Assembly: GCF_006345805.1 (NCBI RefSeq)
Contig: NC_043002.1
Location: 63,984,001 to 64,048,000 of the forward strand
DNA: 64,000 nt
Source: Octopus sinensis
Taxonomy: Eukaryota
Direction: 5' to 3'
Both the position numbers and the translations under genes were made by a program. A model generated the notes under the pieces. The model did no database searches, was not told where the DNA came from, and saw nothing but the letters and a program-made list of their open reading frames with translations. Positions 40,362-51,153 of the stretch are shown piece by piece (the stretch's first letter is position 1; each line of letters begins with the position of its first letter).

Positions 40362-40965
40362 GTGAAGGCACATGGCTCAGTGGTTAGAGGGTCGAGCTTA
40401 CGATCATGAGCTTGTGTGTTCGAATCCCGGACTGGGCTGTGTGTTGTGTTCTTGAGCAAGACACTTTATTTCACGTTGCTCCAGTTCACTCAGCTGTAGA
40501 AATGAGTTGCGACGTCACAAGTGCCAAGCTACATCGGCCCTTGCCTTTCCCTAGAATAACATTGGTGGCATGGAGAAGGGAGGCGGGAATGAATAGGCGA
40601 CTGCTGATCTTCCATAAACAACCTTGCCCGGACTTGTGCCTAGAGTAGGAACGATTCTGTTTTAAAAGGCCGCGAGCTGGCAGAAACGTTAGCACGCCGG
40701 ACGAAATACTTAGCGGTATTTCGTCTCTCTGTACATTCTGAGTTCATATTCTGCCGATGTCAACTTTGCCTTTCATCCTTTCGGGGTCGATACACGTTAG
40801 CACGCCGGGCAAAATGCTTAGCAGTATTTCGTCTGTACCAGTTGCGTACTGAGGTCGATCTAATTGACTGGCCCCCTTCCCCAAATTTTTGGGTCCTGTC
40901 CCTAGAGTACCCCTGCGGGGGTAACTTTCTAGGTGCAATCCCATGGTAAGTCGTGACCAAAGGCA
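40362..40965 (+). mobile_element. SINE family B interrupted by a 276-bp family C-derived insert
   Basis: A box tggctcagtgg at ~40373 and B box gttcgaatccc at 40418-40428. Body resumes at ~40915 with gggtaactttctaggtgcaatcccatgg. Confidence 0.88.
40634..40909 (+). repeat. Inverted-repeat arm 1 (chimeric SINE C segment)
   Basis: Reverse complement of 43141-43416, with about ten substitutions counted by eye. Confidence 0.95.
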
Positions 40966-41929
40966 TCTCAGCATATATAACTATATATACATACATATGT
41001 TTATATATGCATATATATGACGTATTTAGAGATAAATGTGCGTGTATTTATACAGTGAATTTCTTCCATTCTGCAAATTCATAATGGATATTAAGCATGC
41101 TTATTATTATCATAAAGCACACTCAAAAGCAAGTTTTCTATCCCGCTATGAAATTTTGCTGAAGATATTTATTCTGAGATTAATTACGTGCGAAACTCTC
41201 CTAATTTCCCATTGGTGTAATGGGAAAGTAATTGGATTGTATTTGTGGTGTCTACATCAAAACATTATACATTTCAAGAGAGAAGAATCAAGCATGATTG
41301 AAGTTATATGAGGATGGGTTTCTCCTATTAAACTGTTAGTTTTACACTCATAAGTTGCGAAAGACATTTACGATAGCTACTGGTGTGTCATTGTTATTCA
41401 AATCAATCGTTTTCGATACTTTGATAGTTGCAATGGCGAACTTTTACAAGTGTCATTCCTTTAATATACTCAATTCTATTCAGGATGAAGTGAAATTGCT
41501 ACCAATCTATGTTGTACTTCTTGCAGATCTATATGGATGCCAACATGTCATTATTGATGGCATAAGCACCCAATATGACAATTCCAAAATCGCTAATTGA
41601 TCAAGCTATTATTTTAAACATAAGTATTCTTTTGAAAATATTTGGACGCAGTTTTCGTGATAATTCACGAATATAGGCTTTGAAGGACCAAGCTCAGAGG
41701 TATAGAATTAGCAATATCATCAATCGCTATAATAATCAGTGATATTCAATATAGAAACTTTACTAAGGACAGCGAGGCATAACTCTCTTGTCCACGATTT
41801 GAAAACTGCTCCTCTATGAGTAAGCATAATATGATTGTGAACACTTCGAAAAAATTATCATTCAAAATATACGTTATAATATAGAGAATGCATATACAGT
41901 TCTATATTTAAGAGATAAGGAATTATGTA

Positions 41930-42173
41930 CATTATTTACATTATTTATATTTGACTGATATTTGTCTTCATCTTGTTGTTTTTAACACAACCTTTCGGCT
42001 GATATACGCTCCAGCCTTCTTGGGTGAATTTCGAACTTTAGGAATGAGTATCCAGGCTGGAAATTTCCACAATACCCCTGATGAAACCTGAAGGGTATAT
42101 CAGCCGAAACGTTGTGTTAAGAACAAACAAGATGATGACAAATATCCGTCAAATGTAAATAATGTAAATAATG
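41930..42173. mobile_element. PLE pLTR-derived palindrome with two decayed hammerhead motifs
   Basis: Arms ~41930-42010 and ~42095-42173. Plus strand: CTGATGA (42078-42084)...cagcc-GAAAC-GTT-gtgtt. The minus-strand copy lacks the CTGATGA core. Confidence 0.75.
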
Positions 42174-43140
42174 CAGAGATTGTAGATGTTCGAAAAGTAG
42201 ATGTCATACATCAACTGCAGGCAACAGTGAGTGACTTCAGACACCAGGTTGTAATAAGAGGAACAGGAGATGAAACTATCGTTTGTTGTACACGGCTAGC
42301 GGGTGGCGAACGCAAACGCGAGTCTTTTCTTATACCACCTTAAATTAAGAGAATCCATTATTCGACAAAATTGTCATCATATTAAAACTACAAGATTTCT
42401 AGTAATTATCATTATTGTAATTGCTTCTTAATTCTGTGAATATTTTACTTTACGAAAATCACGAAAGAGGCAAAAGGATTCCAGTAACTAGCAGTCTGAG
42501 TGGATCTCCTGCGGTTAAAAGAAGAAGGATATCTTGTTTCGTATTATTGTTGTTTAATGTCTATTACTGGGCAACTTCCAACACTAAGTTGACACCTTAT
42601 GAGTTTTGTTTTTTATCGGAACAGAATGCAATGCAAAATGTTTCCGATATGCACAGCGCTAATCAGAATTCTATACAGTATACGGCACAAAAGACAAATT
42701 GATGGAAAACAAATTATCTTGAAATATCTAAATATTCAAGGAAAACAAGTGTTTGAGATGGCTTCCAGGTGTCAACAGTTGTTCTATTTCCAAAATAGAG
42801 TATCCAAGTTTCCACCTTTACAAAACTTGTAACATGAAATATACATTGAATATGGCAGGCAAGGACCTCAAGCTACTATTGTAGTACCTCAATAAAAGTT
42901 TTGCTTTACCTGCATTAAAACAAAAACGATTGCATCTGGGATGATCAAAATTAAGTATCTGTCAAAAGGACGACTTGAGTTGGATCTTTCATTACTCACC
43001 AAAGAGCAACGGATGCCCAAGACTATTAACATGTTGAAACTAATAACGGGTACTCGATCTGTTAGACAGAGTCTAAGTTAGGAAAATGATACGAAAAATA
43101 TTGTAGTTTTATACACTATCTTAAATTAATGGCATTGTTT

Positions 43141-43620
43141 TACTCTAGGGACAAGATCCAAAAATTTTGGGAAGAGGGCCAGTCAATTAGATCGACCTCA
43201 GTACGCAACTGGTACAGACGAAATACTGCTAAGCATTTTGCCCGGCGTGCTAACGTGTATCGACCCCGGAAGGATGAAAGGCAAAGTTGACATCGGCAGA
43301 ATATGAACTCAGAATGTAGAGAGAGAGGAAATACCGCTAAGCATTTCGTCCGGCGTGCTAACGTTTCTGCCAGCTCGCGGCCTTTTAAAACAGAATCTTT
43401 CCTACTCTTGGCACAAAACCCGAATATTTTTGGGGGGGTGGGGCAACTGGTACTTAGTTTATCGAAAAAACTAAATACGCAACTGGTACTTAGTTTAGCG
43501 ACTACGAAAGGATGGAAAGCAAAGTAAACCTCGGCGGAATATAAACTCAGAATGTAGAGACAAACGAAATACTGCTAAGCATTTCGCCCGGCGTGCTAAC
43601 GTTTCTGCTAGCTCGCCGCC
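43141..43620 (-). mobile_element. Head-to-tail dimer of SINE family C; 43141-43416 is inverted-repeat arm 2
   Basis: Two heads (ggcggcgagctagcagaaacgttagcacg and ggccgcgagctggcagaaacg) joined by agagtaggaaagattctgttttaaa. Confidence 0.9.
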
Positions 43621-44129
43621 TCAAACAAATAGCATTTCTGAGGCTGGAATGGATTTGATTATAAATTTATTCGATCACAGTTAATCTAGGTATAACCAGC
43701 AAAGTAATATGCACACATTGTCTAGTTATATATGGCTTGTTCTTAATACCAAAAGGATAGAGTTAATAAACATCATAGCAATCGTTGTAGTGCAATAGTG
43801 TTTCAATAAAGCACATTTGAGAATGAATAAGAATCCTGACGTGGAATTATTTGCCAAGACATGAATAAAAAATAAATACTAACAAGAATCAACAAATACG
43901 ACAACACTAGACATACACACTTACACACAAGCAATATTAAGCACGTTCAGAAACTCGAGTAGATACACACATATACGCGTACATACACACAAAGGCAGCT
44001 TGAGATCTGTCTTACATTAAAACAGACAACCAGAAGGCAAATGTTTGACACACGCAGAATCCAATTATATATCAACAACAAATGGATGAAATCATTCAGA
44101 AAAAGGAAAGGACAGAAACGAAAGAAAAC

Positions 44130-44195
<66 letters not shown>

Positions 44196-44245
44196 TAATA
44201 ATAATGATAATAATAATAATAATAAAAATAATAATAATAATAACA
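44130..44245. repeat. (TAA)n microsatellite
   Basis: Direct inspection. Confidence 0.95.
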
Positions 44246-45126
44246 GGGCGACTGCAATGGTACTGAAGAAATAAAAGAACAACAGTGAATATACAGATGA
44301 CAAAAAGAAAAGAAGTAGGAAAGAAAGAAAGAAAGAAAGGAAGGAAGGAAGGAAGAAAGAAAACATCAGTATTCATTGTGAGAATAAAGAGGAAAGAATT
44401 TGCAATACAAATAATGTACAAACGATGCAGAAATAATGATAGGCAGATAGAATGCATGAACAATGTATACACACCCATTCACGCATGAACATTCAACACA
44501 TCACATACACGTATATGTATATGTGTGTGTGTGTGTATTTATGTATGTATAAGTACATATCGTTTGTCGTCAGAAATTGAAACCGACTACGTAAATAAAC
44601 CAGCTGCATATAATTAAGCTTCCTGAGATTGAGGTAACCCGTACCGTATGAAACAATGAAAGCCACTCTATATAGTCATTCGAACATTTGTAATAGTGAC
44701 CAAGTCTATCTTTCGCCCCTCTCAGACGACTACAGTAAAGAAGGATCTATTATATAATGCACTGTTACAGTAATACGAAAACAATTGGATTTTCAAAGCA
44801 ATAACTGATTGCAACATTTGTAACACATACGCGTTGTTAAACAAGGGATGCAATGGGATTTGCATTTAGGTTTTACGAAATCAGTATTGTTAAAGCAATT
44901 TGGAATGCTACATGTCATGCATGTTAAAGTTGCGATGAAAAACCAAATTTAAAGCAATCAGATATACACAAGCAAACACAAGCAAGAAGGCACACCTTCA
45001 TACATGTTAACATATATGCGTGTATGCATACTTAAATACGTATGCTCACTCACACATATAAGATATACATACACACACATACATACATATATACATACAT
45101 ACATATATACATACATACATACATAT

Positions 45127-45159
<33 letters not shown>

Positions 45160-45929
45160 ATATATATATATATATAATATATATATATATAATATATATA
45201 TATATATATCAATGGCAGAAAAACGCAATAGAGGGCATTAAAACGTTCGGACAATTAGACGTTACAAAGGCGGACAAGAGAAACAACAATTAGAAGAACG
45301 GGCAAAAAGAATAGGGGTCATTCTTGAATTCCTTTCATCAGTCAAGTTCCAGAAGTCAAGACCAATTTGGGCAGTTACACTTGGAATGGTTCGATCTGAA
45401 GACAGCTAGCGAATGTGTACGGCAACAAAGACAAAAATCAAACAAACAAAAAACGGAGAACATGGTACACAATTACGAATACAAACAACAAGACTGAGAA
45501 CGAACCAAACTGAGCTGGCGTGTATGAAGTGAAAACCTAAAGGCAAGAACATATGAGATGGACATGAGAGGTGTTGGCAATCGGCAGTCAGGCCAAGAAA
45601 GTAAGATCATGGTTGGCCAGACATTGGTCATGTGGAAAGAGATGAGATGTGTAGCAAGCAGCGTGATTGAAGGATTAGAAAAAAATATCTTTTTAGATTT
45701 TAATTATTTCGGTTGTAAAAGAAGCATTTTCACGCCGAAAAATTAATATATTAATAAATAAAAATACAGTACAGTACTGCACTGTAAAACACAAAAGAAA
45801 ATACGAGGTGTGCTACAGATGTGGAAACAAAGAATCGTACATACTGTTGGACAACGAAACTCGGGGTGGGGGCCAGTGTATGGAGTTATAATAAAATAAA
45901 TTTATAGAGGTTTTAAAAATAACATAAAA

Positions 45930-46020
45930 GTATACAGTACTGTTTCTACATATCACGGATTTTCACATATCACGGTGTGTCTTAGAACCTAATAAACGCG
46001 ATAGTAGAGGGGTTATTGTA
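45930..46020. mobile_element. pogo/Tigger-like MITE terminus
   Basis: tatcacggattttcacatatcacgg...cgcgatagtagaggggttattg-TA resembles Tigger ends (recall). Confidence 0.45.
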
Positions 46021-46040
46021 TATACGTATATATATAGTTT

Positions 46041-46203
46041 TATTCTTCTATTCTTTTACTTGTTTCAGTTATTTGGCTGTGGCCATGCTGGAGCACAGCC
46101 ATTTAGTCGAAGAAATCCACCCCTTGACGTACTTGTCTCGAAGGCGTAAACACAACAGCATCGGTTGTCAAGCAATGGTTGGGGGACAAACACAGACTCA
46201 CAA
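46041..46203 (-). mobile_element. SINE family A, 3' half
   Basis: ttttacttgtttcagttatttggctgtggccatgctggagc...gggggacaaacacagac. Confidence 0.8.
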
Positions 46204-46779
46204 ATCACTTAGACTCTATCACTACATAACTGACACTCTTTTACCTCTTACATTATTATACTCCTCTTTCTCTCTCTATTACCCCCATTCCATCTATCTT
46301 TTTACACTCTAATACCTCTCTCTCTCTCTCTCTATCACCCCCATCTCCTCATTCCTACTTTCAAATTATCTTGATGGACTACTAACTGGTACACTTTCCC
46401 ATATTATCTCTATCCTTGTTTTTCTTCGTTTTCTTTTTTTCTTTTCTTCTTTATTCCTCTCTTCTTGCTTTTCCTTATTTTCTTTTTTGTCTTCTCTTTT
46501 TTTCTCTTTTTTTAATTCCTAACTGCCTGATTTTTCGTTTCCTCTTCTTTTCTCCTCTCATTTTTTTCTCTTTTCTTTATGTTTCTCTTCCTGTTTTCCT
46601 GTTTTTGATTTGACCTTATAATACATTCCCTGCTTTTAGGTCACTTTAAATAAAACCTTTGATTCAATAGCACTGTGTAAAAACTCTATACTTGGAATGA
46701 CCAGTTTTAAATACTTTAGGATTTTACTCAAAAGGTATTGGAATCTTATATGTATACAATTCTGCCTAAATAATGGATC

Positions 46780-46960
46780 TATAAAAGCAATATCCCTGCA
46801 TATCTCACATCTATTTTCATTCCTCTACTTCACACTCTGTTTCGTATCTTACCTAAATTAACTATTGCTTTTCCTCAACGTCTCCGAAGAAGGGTTATAA
46901 TAAATATGCTGGAAACAGCTGTAAGACCTATTTATAAATGTTCTAAAATCTTCACTGCCT
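46780..46960 (+). mobile_element. PLE pLTR relic with hammerhead-like motif at 46880-46927
   Basis: gtct-CCGAAGA-agggttataataaatatgctg-GAAAC-agct-GTA-agac. Stem I gtct/agac is intact. Confidence 0.6.
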
Positions 46961-47006
46961 TCGTTCATTACTTCAGTCTGAAAAGAAATTATATACATAT
47001 ATATAT

Positions 47007-47127
47007 ATGCGTTTCCGTCTACCAAATCCACTGAAAAGGCTTTTGTCGAGCCGAGGCTATATTAGCAGACACATGTCCAGGATGGAACCATGTGGTTGTG
47101 AACCAAACTACGTACCACACAGCCACG
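47007..47127 (-). mobile_element. SINE family A head fragment
   Basis: tttccgtctaccaaatccac...accacacagcc. Confidence 0.75.
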
Positions 47128-47210
47128 TGGAGAGACGTTTTGAGCACCCCATTTGTGTGTGCATACACACACATAAACACACACACAAACATATATATAT
47201 ATATATATAT

Positions 47211-47536
47211 TGAGACCCCCTTTCGGTCATCACTGACCATGGGATTGCACCTAGAAAGCTACCCTCCAGGCACAAGTACAGGCAAGGTTGTTTTTGGAAG
47301 ACCAGCAGTCGCCCATGCATACCGGCCTCCCCTCTCCACACCACCGATGTTATCCAAGGGAAAGGCAACAACAGATACAGATTGCCACCTGTAACGTCGC
47401 AACTCATTTCTACAGCTGAGTAAACTGGAGGAACGCGAAATAAAGTGTCTTGCTCAAGAACATAACACGTAGCCCGGTCCGGGATTCGAATTCAAAACCG
47501 CACAATCGTAAGCTCGACGCTCTAACCTCTGAGCAT
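47211..47536 (-). mobile_element. SINE family B, near full length
   Basis: Reverse complement matches 40362-40640 plus 40915-40965 with no insert. Confidence 0.88.
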
Positions 47537-47785
47537 ATATTTATATATATATATGCATATGTATGGTTATATTGAACGTAAGTACAAACTTTTTTTCTTT
47601 CATTTTTTCCATTGTTTTAATCATTAGTCTTCGGCCATGAATCGATTCCAAAACATAATCCTTTTATAAACCTACTACTTATACTATCGTTCGTTTTTGC
47701 CGATCCGCCAAGTCTCAGGGACCGCTTGTGTAGAGGTCGTGGAGTACAGACTCATGAACACGCACACACAAAGATACATGCATAT

Positions 47786-47821
<36 letters not shown>

Positions 47822-47973
47822 TATGTGAAATAGAGAGATGAATAATCTTGTAGTAGATTAATCAAAAGTTTAACCGATACCTTAGTAGCAAAAATCACAG
47901 CAGTAAACAGCACGGTTGGAGGTACAACCATCTGGCGTTGCAACCGTGCGTTGGTGCGGATAATTGAACTTAA

Positions 47974-48059
47974 AACATTATTGGTGAATTGAAGAAATGG
48001 AGCTGAACGCAGATTGAACAGAAATCGTTTTATTTCATTCTACACGTGTTTCGAAAGGC
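47974..48059. repeat. 86-bp inverted repeat, 3'-region copy
   Basis: Exact reverse complement of 51070-51155. Confidence 0.97.
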
Positions 48060-48121
48060 ACAAATTACCAAAATCCGATTGAATAATGGGACCATATTGT
48101 GTCTTTCTCTTCAGGAAGAAA
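48033..48121 (-). ncRNA. Type I hammerhead ribozyme (predicted cleavage after GUA, between 48041 and 48040)
   Basis: UUUCUUC-CUGAAGA-GAAAGACACAA-[33 nt]-UUGUGCCUUUC-GAAAC-ACGU-GUA-GAAUGAAA. All core nucleotides are present and stems I-III can pair. Confidence 0.88.
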
Positions 48122-48731
48122 AAAGGAAATCCGTTGGAAAAACAAAAACAGAACAGAGGCGGAGCAAAAAACAAATCGAACTGTGCTCCTAAGAGCCCAT
48201 GGCGAAACTGTTTATCAGTGTATGTTGAGAACCGGTGGCTGAAGAATTCAACGGGTCAGGCATCGGTCAATCATGTGGGTGAGGGTGTATAGATGTTCTT
48301 TGTGACCGAGAATAAAGTTCTGACTATTTAAAGAATATTGGATGTTTTATAAGGGGCGAGAAAAAATCTACTTAGAGTCGTGTGTGTGTGTATACTGTTC
48401 TATATATGTGTGTGTTGGCGTAGGGGTAGAAAACATTTTTTGTGTACGTGTGTGCGTTTGATCGTTCGGCTGTCAGTGGCTACTGCCGTGATAACCGTTG
48501 GGTGGCAGAAAGAAAAAAAATAAAAAAATTATATATATATATTATGTTTTATGTGTGTGTGTGTGTGTTCATCTAAGCCTGCCTTGACAAGGAAACCCCC
48601 CGCTGTGAAAAAACCAAGCCCCGTTTGTCTTACAGGAGTAATTTCCCTTGCAGTGGTTAATCGTAGATATCTTAAAGGCTATTTCAGAATTTGTTACCAA
48701 GGGCTATGGGTGCCGGTATTATTTATAAACG

Positions 48732-51083
48732 CTATTTAAAGGCCAGATAAGTGTAACGCCGCCAATGGGGGCATCGAAAAGCCGACTGTAAGAGCCCGTT
48801 TACCATCCGGCCTCTGGCAAACAAAATATGGAAGAGTTCGGAGACACAAAGGTTGCACTGTCTTCTGCCCCTATCAAATGGGAGGGCCACCGACAAAATT
48901 GACCATTCCAGCCTATAGCTTAAGTTCGCATCCTTCAGTCGCCATATTAGCTTACTAAGTCCCGTGGTCTGGCGCTTGTTCACGTCCCGAAAAGTTGCGT
49001 AATGGTTGGAGACACGCAAAGACAATCTTGAGGATGATGCCCCTACATAAGTGAAGGCATCTGAGTCCGTGTAAACCTTGCATTGGTAGACGGCGTTTTT
49101 GATCTTGGAGTTCGCCGACGTGAATCTTAATCTGCTAGGATTGGTTTCTGAAATTAGAACTGCGTTCCTGTCACTATATTCGTTCCGAGACCTGCAGCCG
49201 CTTACTACTCTATTTTCCACTACGTCACTATTAACTATAGGAATAACCCCTGATTCTCCACTATCTATCAGAGTGCTGTCATTGCTACTGCCCGTGGTAC
49301 TGCTATTGCGGGAAATGATGCTGGGGATGCTAATGGGGCTCTCTACCCTACTCCCATTGTTACCGTCAACCACAACACCCCTATTTATAACTATACCCCT
49401 AGTGGGTACTCCCTGGCTGGAGCTGAGATTATGTGTCACTGTACTGGCTCTCATATCATTATTACTACTATAATTATTCCTACTGAGCATTAAACCGGGA
49501 GCGGAAGAGGCTGTGCCTCCGGAAAAAGGTGATAGGGTCTTAGTAAGTAGCCTATTATTATGGGAGGCGATTATCTGGGCGAGGTTTTTAGTGTTGGAGA
49601 AAGCTATCCTAACTTTATGTGAGTTAACCGTGGAGTAATATTTGGAATTTCTGGGGAAGTTATTGGCGATGGCTTGTCTAAACATGAGGGGGATGTTAGT
49701 TCTAATCTGCTTACCAAAGGGGATTACAAACCATATATGCTTATTCCTATCAGTGTGATGGGTCGGGACACCAGCTCTCGCATTCGGGTGGGTGATTCTC
49801 GGATGAATAACGGGTCTTGGGTTAGTGTAAGACCTCCCGGACCGATAATTATCCTTGTTCGCTAAATTAAATGCGGGAGCGACTACCCCGGCATCCGCCG
49901 CGCTCCCGTCCTTACTTAAAATGTTAATGTTATTATATACGGCCCTATCCTGATGACCGAATGATGGCATCGGAAGGGCCGGATCAATATAAATTACCTT
50001 CTGCCTATAACCGGCCTTGGATAGTGCGGCGTTATAAAAATCCGCTTTCTGCATAAAAATATCGGCACTGGCGGACAAGCCAGACAATCTTAGAGAGATG
50101 TTTTTAACCAAATTGTCTGTTACGGTTTTGGCATGATTTGAGAAGGCACTGACATACTTCAAATTAGTGGAAGGCTTATGGTAAGGGCAGTATGAGTCGC
50201 TATTAAGGTTAAGTGTAACGTCTAGGAAATTAGCCTTGGTGAGTTCATTATCAAAAACTATGCTCATGCCCATTCTATTAAAAAACCTAGCTAACCTGCT
50301 CTTAGTTTTCTGCACTATTCTGTTCGTGGTGTTTTGCAGGTAAAACAGACAATCGTCACGATACAGGCCGCCCGCGATCTCCGGGAATTGATCGGACAAT
50401 TCGTAGAGAATATATATTCCGACCAAATCGGCTATCTGCGCACTATCCGAACTACCCATAGGCACATCAAATTCATTGGGAGTATCTTTACGGATCCACA
50501 ACTTATTATCAAACTTAATAAACGATTTCCTGGCAACTAAAATGATATCTATCTCTTCTCTGGTGAGGCCAGCCTTGTTGTGAGCATGCCAGAGGGCCTT
50601 ATTTAGCACACTAGGGTTAATCGAGGGGTAGAAGCTGGCGATATCAAACTGAATGAACCTAGTACGGTTCTTATTGGGGATGGAAGAGAACCACTTCACT
50701 ACCTGCGAGGAGTTGGCCCAGAGGCTGGGCTTCAGCTTGTTTACTAAACTAGGGATATATTTATCTAAAATGTACTTACTGATTATCCCGATATCAGATC
50801 TAGCAAGGCATATGAGTCTTAGCGCTGGGTTGGTGTGGAAGTTAGGTTTATGGTCCTTCACTATAAATCTGGGTTGCTTGGGGCTAAGCGGCTGAGTTCT
50901 CATTTGAATTCGGTGTTTAAATATTATATCCTTAATTTCCAAGTTTACCTTCCTCAGGGTACTCCAATTGGTTTTTCTATAATTTTTCTTGATCTCTTTA
51001 CCGAGTAAATCTAGGTACTGCTTAATGGGCATCTTGTATGTGTTCCTGGTCTTGTCGGACTGGACCAGGGCCTTTCGAAACAC
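48732..51083 (-). CDS. PLE reverse transcriptase + C-terminal GIY-YIG endonuclease, 783-codon open frame (true N-terminus lost; first in-frame Met at codon 18)
   Basis: KDHKP..RLI, FIQFDIASFYPSI, PMGSSDS, YRDD (50352-50363), NFLDVTL, AVYQ..TYVG..R..NH, CNLCVSE and CPH. No stops. Confidence 0.93.
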   Translation of the reverse strand: MFRKALVQSDKTRNTYKMPIKQYLDLLGKEIKKNYRKTNWSTLRKVNLEIKDIIFKHRIQMRTQPLSPKQPRFIVKDHKPNFHTNPALRLICLARSDIGIISKYILDKYIPSLVNKLKPSLWANSSQVVKWFSSIPNKNRTRFIQFDIASFYPSINPSVLNKALWHAHNKAGLTREEIDIILVARKSFIKFDNKLWIRKDTPNEFDVPMGSSDSAQIADLVGIYILYELSDQFPEIAGGLYRDDCLFYLQNTTNRIVQKTKSRLARFFNRMGMSIVFDNELTKANFLDVTLNLNSDSYCPYHKPSTNLKYVSAFSNHAKTVTDNLVKNISLRLSGLSASADIFMQKADFYNAALSKAGYRQKVIYIDPALPMPSFGHQDRAVYNNINILSKDGSAADAGVVAPAFNLANKDNYRSGRSYTNPRPVIHPRITHPNARAGVPTHHTDRNKHIWFVIPFGKQIRTNIPLMFRQAIANNFPRNSKYYSTVNSHKVRIAFSNTKNLAQIIASHNNRLLTKTLSPFSGGTASSAPGLMLSRNNYSSNNDMRASTVTHNLSSSQGVPTRGIVINRGVVVDGNNGSRVESPISIPSIISRNSSTTGSSNDSTLIDSGESGVIPIVNSDVVENRVVSGCRSRNEYSDRNAVLISETNPSRLRFTSANSKIKNAVYQCKVYTDSDAFTYVGASSSRLSLRVSNHYATFRDVNKRQTTGLSKLIWRLKDANLSYRLEWSILSVALPFDRGRRQCNLCVSELFHILFARGRMVNGLLQSAFRCPHWRRYTYLAFK

Positions 51084-51153
51084 GTGTAGAATGAAATAAA
51101 ACGATTTCTGTTCAATCTGCGTTCAGCTCCATTTCTTCAATTCACCAATAATG

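Noticed and set aside
40362-40435. tRNA gene
   Set aside because: A and B boxes are present, but it continues into a SINE body and does not close a cloverleaf.
49099-49473. 124-aa plus-strand ORF inside the PLE
   Set aside because: Antisense shadow of the low-complexity linker, with no recognisable motif.
51070-51083. Annotated GTG start of the 783-aa ORF
   Set aside because: It lies within the inverted pLTR segment, so it is a junction artefact rather than the native start.
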